Assembly: GCA_034530615.2 (NCBI GenBank)
Contig: JAVRCV020000032.1
Location: 64,001 to 128,000 of the forward strand
Source of the DNA: Aulosira sp. ZfuVER01
Lineage (GTDB): Bacteria > Cyanobacteriota > Cyanobacteriia > Cyanobacteriales > Nostocaceae
Direction of reading: 5' to 3'
DNA: 64,000 nt
Numbering within the stretch: position 1 is the stretch's first letter; each line of letters opens with the position of its first letter. The notes beneath the pieces are model-generated. The model was not told the origin of the DNA and made no database searches. It was given only the letters and a program-made list of their open reading frames with translations. Below are positions 39,898-51,253 of this stretch, piece after piece. The position numbers and the translations under genes were made by a program.

Positions 39898-40923
39898 TTA
39901 TGAAACTTTGCCACTACCGATGAGATACAGCAACGCCATGCGTACAGCTACACCACTGGTAACTTGTGCTTGAATCAGGCTAAATTCTGGGTCATCCATT
40001 AAATCGGAGCTAATTTCTACACCACGATTGACTGGGCCTGGATGCAAAACTTTGACATTAGGCTTGCAAAGTTGCAGTTTAGCGCGTGTAATACCAAATA
40101 ATTGATGATATTCTCGCAAACTGGGCAGTAAATGTGCAGTCATGCGTTCTTTTTGCAAGCGCAAAGTCATGACAAAATCAGCATCGCGCAAAGCCGGTTC
40201 AAGTTGCCAATGTAAAAACAACTGGCGCTGATTAGAAGTAGTGATTTCTGTTTCCTGTGCTGTTTCTTCAGCGAAATACTCAGCAAATAACTTTGGTAAA
40301 AGCGTCGGTGGCGCGGCTAAATGTACTTCTGCACCACTAGCAGTCAAACTCCAAATATTCGATCGCGCTACGCGAGAATGGAGAATATCCCCGACAATGG
40401 CAATCTTTTTACCTTTTAAAAGTTCGATGCGGGGATTAGCTGGATCAATGAGACTACAGATGGTAAATAAGTCTAGCAGTCCTTGAGAAGGATGCTCATG
40501 TTGACCATCGCCAGCATTTAACACACTCACCTTCACACCTAGACGATCCATTTCTTGAGCGATCGCATTTGGTACTCCTGCTTCTCGATGGCGAATCACC
40601 ATGATATCCGTTCCCATAGCCAAATAGGTTTTTGCCGTATCGAGAATTGTTTCTCCCTTAGTCATCGAAGAAGTAGCTGCGGCAAAGTTCAGTGTATCTG
40701 CACTGAGGCGTTTAGCTGCGATTTCAAAACTACTGCGAGTGCGGGTAGAAGGTTCAAAGAATAAATTCGCCACCACCTGTCCCTGCAAAGTCGGTACTTT
40801 CTTCGTCCGTCGTGATAGCACCTCTTGGAAACTAGCAGCAGTCTGCAAAACTGCATCGTATTCAACGTTAGAGAAGTCAGTAAGGGAAAGAATGTGATGT
40901 CGATTCCAGGTGGTACTAGGCAT
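39898..40923 (-). CDS. pyrB: Aspartate carbamoyltransferase catalytic subunit
   Basis: [53 protein letters not shown]. Confidence 0.97.
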   Translation of the reverse strand: MPSTTWNRHHILSLTDFSNVEYDAVLQTAASFQEVLSRRTKKVPTLQGQVVANLFFEPSTRTRSSFEIAAKRLSADTLNFAAATSSMTKGETILDTAKTYLAMGTDIMVIRHREAGVPNAIAQEMDRLGVKVSVLNAGDGQHEHPSQGLLDLFTICSLIDPANPRIELLKGKKIAIVGDILHSRVARSNIWSLTASGAEVHLAAPPTLLPKLFAEYFAEETAQETEITTSNQRQLFLHWQLEPALRDADFVMTLRLQKERMTAHLLPSLREYHQLFGITRAKLQLCKPNVKVLHPGPVNRGVEISSDLMDDPEFSLIQAQVTSGVAVRMALLYLIGSGKVS

Positions 40924-41155
40924 AAATATTGATCGGTTTTTGATGTAGAGACATGATTGAGTGATTCTCTACAGCTTTTAATTTACATACGCAGAGGCAA
41001 TAATACCACCTGTGTTCTATTTAGATAGCTATTTACGCCAACAAGGAAGAATCAAAATATTAGCTTAACATTCAAGCCCGTCGAGAGGTTTTTAATGATT
41101 GCTACCATTTATTTTTACTCTCAGTTAAATTGAGAATTTGCATTTTGAATTGTTT

Positions 41156-43933
41156 ATGAAGCGACGCTCATATATGCTCATAGGGTTCTTGCTCAGTCTG
41201 CTCCTCAGTACTGTACCCTTTTCTGGCAATTTCACTGAGGCTGCAACGCCAACAGCAGTCGCACCTGTATCTTCTGGGCTTTCGCTCTCTCAAGGGGTGC
41301 AAAAAACGGTGTTGGACAATGGCTTAACGGTACTTACCAAAGAAATACATACGGCTCCAGTAGTCAGTGTGCAGGTATGGTATAAAGTAGGCTCTCGTAA
41401 TGAAGGTAAAGGGGAGAGTGGTATCTCTCACCAATTAGAACATTTGATGTTTAAAGGAACTAAAGATCGTCCAGTGCAGTTTGGGCGGTTATTTAGTGCT
41501 TTAGGTAGTCAGTTCAATGCGTTTACTAGCTACGATGAAACGGTCTACTTTGGCACAGTGCGGCGAGACAAATTAGAAGCACTGCTGACTTTGGAAGCCG
41601 ATCGCATGGTAAATTCCTTAATTGGGCCGGAGCAACTAACAAGTGAAAAACGAGTGGTAATATCCGAGTTGCAAGGGTATGAAAATTCACCCAGCTATCG
41701 TCTGAGTAAGGCAGTAATGCAAGCTGCCTTCCCAAACCGAGCATACGGTTTATCTGTGGGAGGTACAAAGGCCGATGTCGAAAAATTCACGGTTGAACAG
41801 GTACGTAATTATTACCAAAGATACTACAGTCCAGAAAATGCCACTTTGGTAATTACAGGGGATTTTGCTACAGAACCTACACTCAAAGCGGTTAGAGAAA
41901 CTTTTGGCAAAGTACCTCAACGAGAAAAGAAAGATACGGGGATGCAGGGAAGTAAGGACGCGGTGACTTCCGCTGCTACTCAAAAAGCCCCCATTGTTTT
42001 AAAGCAACCAGGAAGTGCAGCACTCCTGCAAGCAGTGTATCCACTGCCAAACATTAACCATCCTGATGTTCCAGCAATTGATGTGATGGATATGATCTTG
42101 ACGGGTGGACGTAGTTCTAGGCTTTACCAAGCTTTGGTAGAATCTGGATTGACTAGCTCAGTCAGTGGTAGCGCCGCAGAACTTTTGGAACCGGGTTGGT
42201 ATGAAATTAACGCGACGGCAGCTCCAGGTAAAGAGTTAGCAAAAATTGACCAAGTACTGCAACAATCTTTGTTGAAACTGCAACAGCAGCCAGTTACTAA
42301 GGAAGAATTAGATCGCGCCAAGACGCAACTACAAGCTAATTTTGTCTTGAGTAACCAGGATATTACCAGTCAGGCACAACAGTTGGGGTATAACCAAACG
42401 ATTACTGGAGATTACCATTTTGTTGAAAAATATCTAGCTGCGATCGCCAAAGTTACTCCACAAGATATACAACGAGTAGCAAAAACTTACCTGAACCCAG
42501 CTAAACAAACCATCGGTTTCTTTGAACCAACTCAACCAGATGGCGAACAAGCCTCTGCTAGTGGTGGTTCTGGTCGCACCGTAGAGAATTTTAGCCCAGG
42601 TAAACCTGTAGATCCAGCAGAATTAGCTAAATACTTACCTCCCGCTACCTCTGCTACTAGTTCGAGCCAACAAGCCCTGCCAGAGCAGTTCACCTTAGCA
42701 AATGGATTGCGGGTGCTGCTGTTACGCGATCGCAGTGTCCCTACTATTAATCTGAGCGGACAAATTGATGCTGGTACTGTGTTTGATGGCAATCAAAAAG
42801 CTGGGCTAGCCAATTTAACTGCTAGCAACTTAATGAATGGCACGCAAACTCAAAACGCTTTGACTTTAGCAAAAACTTTAGAAGACAGGGGAGCTAGCCT
42901 AGACTTTGGTGCTGGCCGTGAAGGAGTAAGTATTAGCGGCCAAGGGCTATCAATGGATCTGCCAATATTAATTCAAACTCTGGCGGACGTAGCACAAAAT
43001 GCCACCTTCCCAACCGACCAATTGGAACTGACTCGTCAACGGGCATTAACCAGTTTGAAAGTACAACTCGATGACCCCCAAACCTTGGGAAGAAGAGCAT
43101 TCCAGCAGGCAATTTACCCAGAAAATCATCCCTTCCACAGCTTTCCTACAGCCGAAAGCTTAAAGAGCATTACTCGTGATGATGTGCTGCGCTTCTACAA
43201 GCAACACTACCGCCCGGATAATACAACGATCGCTTTAGTTGGTGATTTTGAGCCAGCTAAAGTCAAAGCTTTGCTGAATCAGACTTTTGGCAAATGGCAA
43301 GCTCAGGGTAAGCCCCCAATTCTCAACTTACCTAACGTACCTTTACCCCAAACTCTCAAACGCCTCAACAAAGCAATTCCCGGCAAGGCAGAGGCTGTAA
43401 CATACATTGGTTACAATAGCATCTCCCGCAGAGATCCGCGTTTCTATGCAGCGATGGTGCTGAATCAGATTTTGGGTGGCGATACCTTGTCTAGCCGCTT
43501 GGGTACAGAAGTACGCGATCGCCTAGGTTTAACTTATGGTATTTACAGCGCCTTTGCTGCGGGAATCAATCCCGGGCCCTTCTTAATTCAAATGCAGACA
43601 GATCCCAAAGATGCTGAAAAAGCGATCGCCAGCACCCTCGCTTTACTCAAACAGATCCGGGAGCAAGGAGTGACTGAAGCAGAATTGAACACCGCAAAAC
43701 GCTCAATTTCCAACAGCTACCCTGTAGATTTAGCCAATCCTAGCGATGTCGCAAATATTGTTTTGGGTAATGCTGTCTACGGCCTTTCACCGAGGGAAAT
43801 CCGTGACTATCCTCAACAAATTGAGTCTGTAACTATGACTCAAGTGCAACAAGTCATCAAGGAGTTAATTAAACCAGAGAATGTGGTAATTGTAACCGCT
43901 GGATCTGAAGTTACTGCACGCCAGGGCAGCTAA
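41156..43933 (+). CDS. M16 (pitrilysin) family zinc peptidase with signal peptide
   Basis: HQLEH inverted HxxEH, FNAFTSYD, duplicated M16 halves, RDRLGLTYG. Confidence 0.92.
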   Translation: MKRRSYMLIGFLLSLLLSTVPFSGNFTEAATPTAVAPVSSGLSLSQGVQKTVLDNGLTVLTKEIHTAPVVSVQVWYKVGSRNEGKGESGISHQLEHLMFKGTKDRPVQFGRLFSALGSQFNAFTSYDETVYFGTVRRDKLEALLTLEADRMVNSLIGPEQLTSEKRVVISELQGYENSPSYRLSKAVMQAAFPNRAYGLSVGGTKADVEKFTVEQVRNYYQRYYSPENATLVITGDFATEPTLKAVRETFGKVPQREKKDTGMQGSKDAVTSAATQKAPIVLKQPGSAALLQAVYPLPNINHPDVPAIDVMDMILTGGRSSRLYQALVESGLTSSVSGSAAELLEPGWYEINATAAPGKELAKIDQVLQQSLLKLQQQPVTKEELDRAKTQLQANFVLSNQDITSQAQQLGYNQTITGDYHFVEKYLAAIAKVTPQDIQRVAKTYLNPAKQTIGFFEPTQPDGEQASASGGSGRTVENFSPGKPVDPAELAKYLPPATSATSSSQQALPEQFTLANGLRVLLLRDRSVPTINLSGQIDAGTVFDGNQKAGLANLTASNLMNGTQTQNALTLAKTLEDRGASLDFGAGREGVSISGQGLSMDLPILIQTLADVAQNATFPTDQLELTRQRALTSLKVQLDDPQTLGRRAFQQAIYPENHPFHSFPTAESLKSITRDDVLRFYKQHYRPDNTTIALVGDFEPAKVKALLNQTFGKWQAQGKPPILNLPNVPLPQTLKRLNKAIPGKAEAVTYIGYNSISRRDPRFYAAMVLNQILGGDTLSSRLGTEVRDRLGLTYGIYSAFAAGINPGPFLIQMQTDPKDAEKAIASTLALLKQIREQGVTEAELNTAKRSISNSYPVDLANPSDVANIVLGNAVYGLSPREIRDYPQQIESVTMTQVQQVIKELIKPENVVIVTAGSEVTARQGS

Positions 43934-43944
43934 TTGTTTTGGAT

Positions 43945-43997
43945 GTAGAGTGAGCAATACTCACTCTACTGCACAAGCTCATAACGAACTTGTGCAA
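43945..43997. terminator. Two adjacent hairpins between the convergent M16 peptidase and uvrB (first is GTAG REP-like)
   Basis: GTAGAGTGAG-CAATA-CTCACTCTAC (43945-43969) and TGCACAAG..CTTGTGCA. Confidence 0.6.
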
Positions 43998-44011
43998 TTC
44001 TGTAGTGAATA

Positions 44012-46009
44012 CTAATGTCCCAATAATTTATCCCGCAGATGCTTAATGCGATCGCGCAATTTTGCCGCCTCTTCAAATTCTAGTTGTTTCGCCGCTTCTT
44101 TCATCTGTGCTTCGAGTTTCGCAATCAAGTCGGGAATGTCTTCTAAGGGTAATTCATCTATATGTTCATCTACTACTTTTAACTCGGTTGCATTTAACCG
44201 TCGGGAAACTTCTAAAAACGACAAAATCGCATTACTTGATTTTTTCACAATCGGTTGAGGTGTAATTCCATGCATTTTGTTATATGCCATTTGAATTCCC
44301 CGCCGTCTATCTGTTTCTTCAATGGCTTTAATCATGCTATCTGTTAAGTTATCAGCATACATGATTGCTTGTCCTTTGATATGACGTGCGGCTCTCCCAA
44401 TAGTTTGAATTAAGGAACGTTCGGCTCGCAAGAATCCTTCTTTATCTGCATCCATAATTGCTACTAAGGAAACTTCTGGTAAATCTAAACCTTCCCGCAG
44501 CAAGTTGACTCCCACTAACACGTCAAATTTACCTGCACGTAATTCTTGTAAAATTTCAATGCGTTCAATGGAGTTAATTTCTGAATGCAAATAGCGCACG
44601 CGAATGCCATTATCTTCCAGATACTCTGTTAAATCTTCCGCCATACGCTTAGTTAATGTAGTCACTAAAACTCTTTCCTGGCGGTCAACCCTGTCTTTTA
44701 TTTCTCCTAACAAATCATCAATTTGTCCTTCTGTAGGACGCACGAAAATTTCTGGATCGATTACGCCAGTTGGTCGAATTACTTGCTCAACTATCTGACC
44801 TTCAGAAACTTCTAATTCCCAATTTCCTGGGGTTGCAGAAACAAAAATACACTGATTCACTTTCTCCCAGAATTCATCAGCTTTTAAAGGACGGTTATCA
44901 GCAGCACTGGGAAGTCGAAATCCGTGCTCAATTAATACTTTCTTCCTAGCTTGGTCGCCGTTGTACATCCCGCGAATTTGCGGTACGGTAACGTGAGATT
45001 CATCGATAACTAACAGCCAGTCTTTCGGAAAATAATCAATTAAACACTCTGGTGGTTCCCCTGCTAGCCTTCCTGCAAGGTGGCGCGAATAATTTTCTAC
45101 GCCATTACAGTAACCGACTTCGCGCAACATTTCTAAGTCATAGCGGGTACGTTGATCTATGCGTTGCGCTTCTAATAATTTCCCGGCTGCTTCTAAGTCG
45201 GCTTTTTGCTGTTTTAATTCGGCGGCTATATCATCACAAGCTACTTCTAAGCGTTCTTCTGGGGTGACAAAGTGACGTGCTGGGTAAATATTTACAGCTT
45301 GTAGGCTATTAATAATTTCACCTGTTACGGGGTCAATATAGCGAATCGCGTCAATTTCATCGCCAAAAAATTCTACCCGAATAATTCTATCTTCATAGGC
45401 GGGGCCAATTTCTAACACGTCCCCCCGGACGCGAAACCGTCCCCGACCCATTTCGATATCGTTGCGCTTATACTGCACATTTGCTAAATCCCGCAAAATT
45501 TGCCGCTGATTCACTTCCATACCTATCTGTAGAGGGATGGCAGCTTTAAAATATTCTGCTGGCATTCCCAAACCATAAATGCAGCTAATGGAAGCAACGA
45601 CTATGACATCACGGCGTTCAAAAAGCGATCGCGTCGCTGAGTGACGCAACATATCTATTTCATCATTAATCGAAGCTGTTTTCTCAATATAAGTATCGGT
45701 AACGGGAATATACGCTTCTGGCTGATAATAGTCGTAATAACTAACGAAATACTCGACAGCGTTCTTAGGAAAGAACTCCCGCAACTCGTTACAAAGTTGT
45801 GCTGCTAGAGTTTTATTGTGCGCCAGCACCAAAGTAGGCCTACCAACTTTCTCAATTACCGCTGCTACTGAAAATGTCTTACCAGTTCCCGTAGCGCCCA
45901 GTAAAGTTTGGTAACGGTTCCCCGATTGGATACTGCTTACTAGTTGTGCGATCGCTTGAGGTTGATCGCCTGTTGGACTAAAGGGAGCTTGAAGACCAAA
46001 TTCTGTCAT
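44012..46009 (-). CDS. uvrB: Excinuclease ABC subunit B
   Basis: [44 protein letters not shown]-terminal UVR coiled coil. Confidence 0.98.
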   Translation of the reverse strand: MTEFGLQAPFSPTGDQPQAIAQLVSSIQSGNRYQTLLGATGTGKTFSVAAVIEKVGRPTLVLAHNKTLAAQLCNELREFFPKNAVEYFVSYYDYYQPEAYIPVTDTYIEKTASINDEIDMLRHSATRSLFERRDVIVVASISCIYGLGMPAEYFKAAIPLQIGMEVNQRQILRDLANVQYKRNDIEMGRGRFRVRGDVLEIGPAYEDRIIRVEFFGDEIDAIRYIDPVTGEIINSLQAVNIYPARHFVTPEERLEVACDDIAAELKQQKADLEAAGKLLEAQRIDQRTRYDLEMLREVGYCNGVENYSRHLAGRLAGEPPECLIDYFPKDWLLVIDESHVTVPQIRGMYNGDQARKKVLIEHGFRLPSAADNRPLKADEFWEKVNQCIFVSATPGNWELEVSEGQIVEQVIRPTGVIDPEIFVRPTEGQIDDLLGEIKDRVDRQERVLVTTLTKRMAEDLTEYLEDNGIRVRYLHSEINSIERIEILQELRAGKFDVLVGVNLLREGLDLPEVSLVAIMDADKEGFLRAERSLIQTIGRAARHIKGQAIMYADNLTDSMIKAIEETDRRRGIQMAYNKMHGITPQPIVKKSSNAILSFLEVSRRLNATELKVVDEHIDELPLEDIPDLIAKLEAQMKEAAKQLEFEEAAKLRDRIKHLRDKLLGH

Positions 46010-46258
46010 ACAGTTGTGCCAGAAATACCCTTTCCCATAGTAGCGATCTCACTCTGCACTCGTGGCACTAGATTAGTTAAACGAATAAATAGCAATCTTT
46101 ATTTATAAAATTTTACTTATTGCATTTACTTATGTGTACATTTTGAAGATAATTATACCTATATAAGGTTTTTTAAGGTTAAACTCTCTTATATAGAAAA
46201 AAATTCACATCAGTTTAATTATTGTAAAAACTAGTTAACAAACCGGAGGGATTAAGTT

Positions 46259-46729
46259 ATGAGCATCAGTAGCACTGGCAAAGCAGTCAGTCCTCGGCAA
46301 AGACGAGCCAAGCTTAAAGGAGAAAGTACAGTGGAAGTAGAAAATAATCAGGGTAATAGCTTGAATACAGATAAAGTGGAACAAGGTAAGGATAAGCCAG
46401 TGCAGAATGAGACATCCGGAACACTAGCGATCTCTGGAATTCGTCCCATAGGCGCTAGCGACTTAGAAGTTGCTGAAAAACTCTCAATTGCTGGGGTGCG
46501 TCCTGTTAGCACCAGTAACTTAGAAGTCGTTGAAACTTATAACGCAATGGGTATTCGTCCAATTGGCGCTAATACATTCCAAGTTGTTGAAAGTATCAAT
46601 CTCTCTGGTATTCGCCCAGTTAGCTCAAGTTCATTGGTAATTTCTGAAAGCTATTCAACATTCGGCAACCGACCGATAGCATCAAATGAGATTGACAATT
46701 CTGAAAACCTGATGGGTTTTCTAGATTAG
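46259..46729 (+). CDS. Hypothetical protein with five ~19-aa G(I/V/N)RP(I/V) repeats
   Basis: GGAGG RBS; repeats begin GIRPIGAS, GVRPVSTS, GIRPIGAN, GIRPVSSS, GNRPIASN. Confidence 0.8.
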   Translation: MSISSTGKAVSPRQRRAKLKGESTVEVENNQGNSLNTDKVEQGKDKPVQNETSGTLAISGIRPIGASDLEVAEKLSIAGVRPVSTSNLEVVETYNAMGIRPIGANTFQVVESINLSGIRPVSSSSLVISESYSTFGNRPIASNEIDNSENLMGFLD

Positions 46730-46752
46730 ATAAAAAATATCACCATAACTTT

Positions 46753-46786
46753 AAAAACCCAGTTTTTTTCCAAAACTGGGTTTATT
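46753..46786 (+). terminator. Probable terminator hairpin
   Basis: AAACCCAGTTTT..AAAACTGGGTTT followed by a T-rich tract, just after the 46259 ORF. Confidence 0.55.
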
Positions 46787-47128
46787 TATTGAAAATTCAA
46801 CAATATTGCTGTGAATGAGCAAGTTTTTTTCAAAAATAAATTCATACATAACTCTTATTTAATTTTTAAAAATTACAAATAAATATAGGTAGTAAGTTGA
46901 GCAATGCCCACCCTATAATTAAGCTTCAAATATAAGCAATTTTAAAAAAATCAAATTGAATTCCTAATATACCAGATGTAATCTGTCTCTTAGCAGAGGT
47001 AACTAATATATCTTGTGACAGAAGGCTAAGCAAAAACTTTTAAGCTACTTTGTAAGAGTAATCACAAAAAGGTTCAGAGTTAGAACACAACTTTGACACC
47101 AATTTGTTATTAAATAAAGGAGTAGAAA

Positions 47129-47311
47129 ATGAGCATAGAAGATCGTGCAAAAGCCACAGCTAAAAATATTGAAGGTAAAGCTCAAGAAGCATTAGGTAAC
47201 GTCACTGGCGACCCAGAAGATAAGGCTGAAGGTAAAGCTAAACAAGCCGAAAGTGAAGTCCGCCACGGCATAGAAGATGTAAAAGATAACGTCAAGAAAA
47301 AACTTGACTAG
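47129..47311 (+). CDS. CsbD family general stress protein
   Basis: AAGGAG RBS; IEGKAQEALGNVTGDPEDKAEGKAKQ. Confidence 0.9.
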   Translation: MSIEDRAKATAKNIEGKAQEALGNVTGDPEDKAEGKAKQAESEVRHGIEDVKDNVKKKLD

Positions 47312-47582
47312 AGCTAATATCTTTTTGCTTAAGTTTTAGAAATAGGACATGGGTGCAACCCACTTCTACAAAGAGGATGGCTGTTTTTTAATTACCTTAT
47401 ACCCTTAGTATTCTCTTTATATATAAAGGTGAATATTAGGGGTATTGTAGCCTTTCTTGATCGAGACTTTTTAAATTAAAGTGAAAAGCTTTTTTTAAGA
47501 TAGGCATCTAAAACTATAAATTAAAATAGCGCAACCGGACAAGCTATTTAGTTACTCTTCAATGATTTTTAGGAGGTAAAAA

Positions 47583-48026
47583 ATGATTCTGCTACAGCAG
47601 AGTCGCAAAATCTTGATGACTGGCATCTTGATTTTGGTTCTGACAATAACCACTGCCTGCGGCAGTAGTAATTTGGCGCAAGTTGACCGCCCAACAACCA
47701 GCACGCCAGCAATTGGTCGAGATGTAACCTATACCGAATTAGAGCGAGGTAATAGTCCCGCAGGACAAAATTTTGGTAACTGGGTTGTACAAACATCTAA
47801 GGGATTAGTTAAAGATGCCTATGTACGTGACAATAACAAACTAGGCGTTGTTATTTCCCCACAAGTGCGCCCTCAAGAAGTACGACCATTAGCAAAATCT
47901 TTAGTACAAGGGTTTCGCAAGCAATTTCCCAATCAAGATTTAACAGTTTTGGTCTATGCTCCTGACAAAAAACTGATTTTAACAGCTAAGTACGACACTC
48001 AAACAAGCCAAATTCAGTATAGCTAA
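47583..48026 (+). CDS. Hypothetical lipoprotein
   Basis: AGGAGG RBS, hydrophobic signal ending in a TTAC-G lipobox. Confidence 0.75.
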   Translation: MILLQQSRKILMTGILILVLTITTACGSSNLAQVDRPTTSTPAIGRDVTYTELERGNSPAGQNFGNWVVQTSKGLVKDAYVRDNNKLGVVISPQVRPQEVRPLAKSLVQGFRKQFPNQDLTVLVYAPDKKLILTAKYDTQTSQIQYS

Positions 48027-48109
48027 TTGCTGAGTTGGTTTTGTAGAGAACTAAAATTCCCAGAATTTCAGGTAATTAAAAAATTGACCTGTAAAAGGAG
48101 AGAACCAAA

Positions 48110-48631
48110 GTGACAAGCAGCGAACAATACAAGCGTCAAATAATGAAAGATTTGGCAGAGGGAAATGTCGAATCTTTAGATGATGTGGCTACCGATTCAA
48201 CCACCGAATACGAAAACTTTGACGATTTTGCTCAACGCACTACACCAGATCAGCGTCGTCAGTTGTTTGGTCGGTCTTTACATCCAGAAAAGATTCCCCC
48301 CAGCCAAATGGAGCCGGAATTACAAAAGGCGATCGCTCAAATCAAACCCAACGAACGGGACGATGTAGCACGCGCCTTTTTCAAACATCTGAAGGAAAGA
48401 GGACTAGATGAACGTCATCTAGAGCAACAACTAGGTCTTTCCACTCATCATGCTGGCCGGATGAGTGCTGATGATGTCAGTAAGCTTGCATCCTTCGCCT
48501 ATCACAACCACCCGGATATTTTCCGTGAGGTGTTAGCAGAGCAACCAGGGATTATTAAGTTTCTCAGCAATCCCGTTGTCGCAGGCATTATCGGCATTGC
48601 CGCAGCCAAGTGGCTAGGTAGACATAAGTAA
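48110..48631 (+). CDS. Hypothetical protein with C-terminal hydrophobic anchor
   Basis: AAGGAG RBS before a GTG start, 173 aa; followed by hairpin AGGTGGGCAATGTCCACCT plus T-tract (48662-48688). Confidence 0.75.
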   Translation: MTSSEQYKRQIMKDLAEGNVESLDDVATDSTTEYENFDDFAQRTTPDQRRQLFGRSLHPEKIPPSQMEPELQKAIAQIKPNERDDVARAFFKHLKERGLDERHLEQQLGLSTHHAGRMSADDVSKLASFAYHNHPDIFREVLAEQPGIIKFLSNPVVAGIIGIAAAKWLGRHK

Positions 48632-49345
48632 GTAGTGAACAAGTAAGAAAGTTAGAAACGTAGGTGGGCAATGTCCACCTTTTATTTTGCTCGTTCTGGG
48701 GTGACGCTTAGAAAGTAAAAAATTTTTAATGTCAGCTAAACTATTCTGAACGTATAAATGAGTAAGTAAGAAGCTCACCCAGAAAACTTAAAATTCTAGG
48801 ACAGATGTATCTAAAATTTTCTTACAATAAATAAAATTTATCCAAAATAATACTAGTATAATAAGTAACATTATTTTCCTCTGCTTAGATATAAATTTAT
48901 AGAAATTTTATACAGTATCTAGATTATTAACAGTGGTTTCCCTTGGAAGCAAGATTTAATTGGCAGCTAATGTATTTTGTAAACTGTTTATTATAGTAAA
49001 GATTTCATAAACTACAGCCAAAGTAGTTGAATATATTTACGTACTCTGTAAAACTAATTCGTGTATGCATAGGGTAATTACGCAGTATCACTACTATCTT
49101 GAAGATGATAAGTTAAGGCTGAAAGCTTGAGTCATATTGATGACTACTAGTTGATGCGATACATCTATTTATCTGTTTGGTGCTCAATTGTTCGAGATAC
49201 TGGCAAACCTTAAGCATCTTGCAAAAATAAACTGTACAAATTTAAGTTCACTTTTGCGTAAAAAGTGTTCGATTTGTTTTGGCGATATTTCTGACTATCG
49301 GGTACATCTACCATCAACCTTCACTTCTGAATTGGAATTAATTCA

Positions 49346-50254
49346 ATGAATAGATTTGGTATCCGAAAACAGTTGCGGACAGTTTGTGTCAAAGCAACAT
49401 CTATTGCTTTGAGAAAAGTTGACATAGGGCAGGCAAATGCCAGCCAAAGCAGACTGAAAACCCTTTCAGCTTTCAGCATGGCATCAGTATTATCAATGTC
49501 TGCTTTGGCTTTTCAAGCAACAGCAAACGCAGCTGGTATCAAAAGAATTGACCAATCTGCTTTTACACCAGATGCAGGACTGATCACCTTTAGCGAATTT
49601 GGAGTTGGTACAGTTAACCCAACTTATACTCCATCTCAATACGGTGGTGGTGCTGATGCACCGACTGTACAATTTGGTGGTGCATTCCAAGGCCAGACCG
49701 TAGGTTTAGCACCTATTCCCCCTGGTGCTGCTGCTACTGGAGTAGTTAACGGTACACCCACTGCAACATTGGCTCTAAATCCTAATTCGCCTAATACATT
49801 TATTACTGGTGATGGTGCCAACCCAACAAGTCCAGTTTTGTCAGGCTCACCTATATTTAACGGACCCGTTAGTATTTTGTTTGATAAAGATATAGCTGGA
49901 GTAGGGTTAGACGGTGGCTTTTTCAATGCTATAGGCGGAACTGCGATCAGCGCATTTGCTAGAAACGGTTCATTGCTAGGCTCAGTACTAAATGCAAAAA
50001 CAGGAATTGAATTTCTTGGATTGGTAACTGAAGACGGTCAAAATAGAATTGCTGGCTTGCAGTTCAGCTTAGTTGGTGCAGAACCATTTGGGTTTGCCAT
50101 TGATAATTTACGCTTTGGACGTGCTGGTCAAGTCGTACCCCCTAATGATGTTCCCGAACCTTTGACTATTTTGGGTACATTGACAGCCGCAGGTTTTGGT
50201 GTAACTTTGCGTCGCAAACAAAAGCAGCAACAAAAAGCTACGGCAAAAGCGTAA
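49346..50254 (+). CDS. PEP-CTERM sorting domain protein (cyanobacterial type)
   Basis: C-terminal DVPEPLTILGTLTAAGFGVTLRRKQK; signal-like ..ATANAA; Gly-rich body. Confidence 0.9.
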   Translation: MNRFGIRKQLRTVCVKATSIALRKVDIGQANASQSRLKTLSAFSMASVLSMSALAFQATANAAGIKRIDQSAFTPDAGLITFSEFGVGTVNPTYTPSQYGGGADAPTVQFGGAFQGQTVGLAPIPPGAAATGVVNGTPTATLALNPNSPNTFITGDGANPTSPVLSGSPIFNGPVSILFDKDIAGVGLDGGFFNAIGGTAISAFARNGSLLGSVLNAKTGIEFLGLVTEDGQNRIAGLQFSLVGAEPFGFAIDNLRFGRAGQVVPPNDVPEPLTILGTLTAAGFGVTLRRKQKQQQKATAKA

Positions 50255-50867
50255 GCTAGCTACTGCAAGTAGTAGATAGTTGTGTACAAATAAACCATGT
50301 GTTGGGTGCTTAATAATTGAGTTGTAAAATTTATAACTCAATTATTAACATCCCCCAGTTGTTTAATAAAGGTATGGTACTCACGCTTACTGAATTTGTT
50401 GTGTAAATAAATAGTTATTTTTACAACTTGTAGAATAGATTTACACAAACTTTATACAAAAAGGAACCTACTTTTCTTTGAGAATCCTGATGAAATCTGC
50501 TTTGCGGTATAAAATACAGTAAATTGATAAAACATTAAGAAATCAAAGATTTGATTAAGTTCAGCTAAAATCCTTGATTATAAATACTTAGCAAGTAATG
50601 ATGATTACGGTTTTTTCAGGATAATTACGGAAAAATACCAATACAGTCAAGACGAAACAGAGATGGAATACTTCACTCAGTGTTATCGCTGACTGTATAG
50701 GCAATAAAAAGAATTAATGTTTGTCAGGGCTTTACCAGGGTAAAACTACCATTAGCTTGAATACTTTTCCACTAGTGGCGATCGCAGTGTTGATTTTGGT
50801 GTTATTTTACCTTTCCTGCTACCCCAGTGGAAAATAACCAATTTTAGGATGTAGCTGGGTTTTAAAG

Positions 50868-51083
50868 GTGATGACTCTGTGGAAACAACTGCGAATCATG
50901 GTTTTGGCTATAACCTTCGGTGGTGTCATCTTCGTTTTAGTAAAGGTTTTTCTGACTACAAGTATCAATAAGCCAAAACCAGAACAGTCTCAGCGTGAAT
51001 CTAATACTGTTGCATTGTTTGAAGACCATATTTGCATAAGATCGCGTTTTCATGCAGACTATAATGCTGTTCCTCCTTGTTAA
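50868..51083 (+). pseudogene. Short or truncated cyanoexosortase-A system-associated-like protein
   Basis: MTLWKQLRIMVLAITFGGVIFVLVKVFL resembles that family's N-terminus (from memory). Only 71 aa, and lies directly upstream of the HpsJ-like gene. Confidence 0.45.
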
Positions 51084-51253
51084 GAGGACAACCAGGAAAT
51101 TACTACACAAGGGTTGTATCTAAAAAGGTATCTTGCCAACTTACGTAACTAAAAGGTGTTAACCAACGTCTGGTGTTATTTGAATTAATCACGGCAAAAC
51201 TTTAGATTCTCCTGAACTCAGTCAAATCTCTGTTTTTTTATTGTGCTAGAAAC

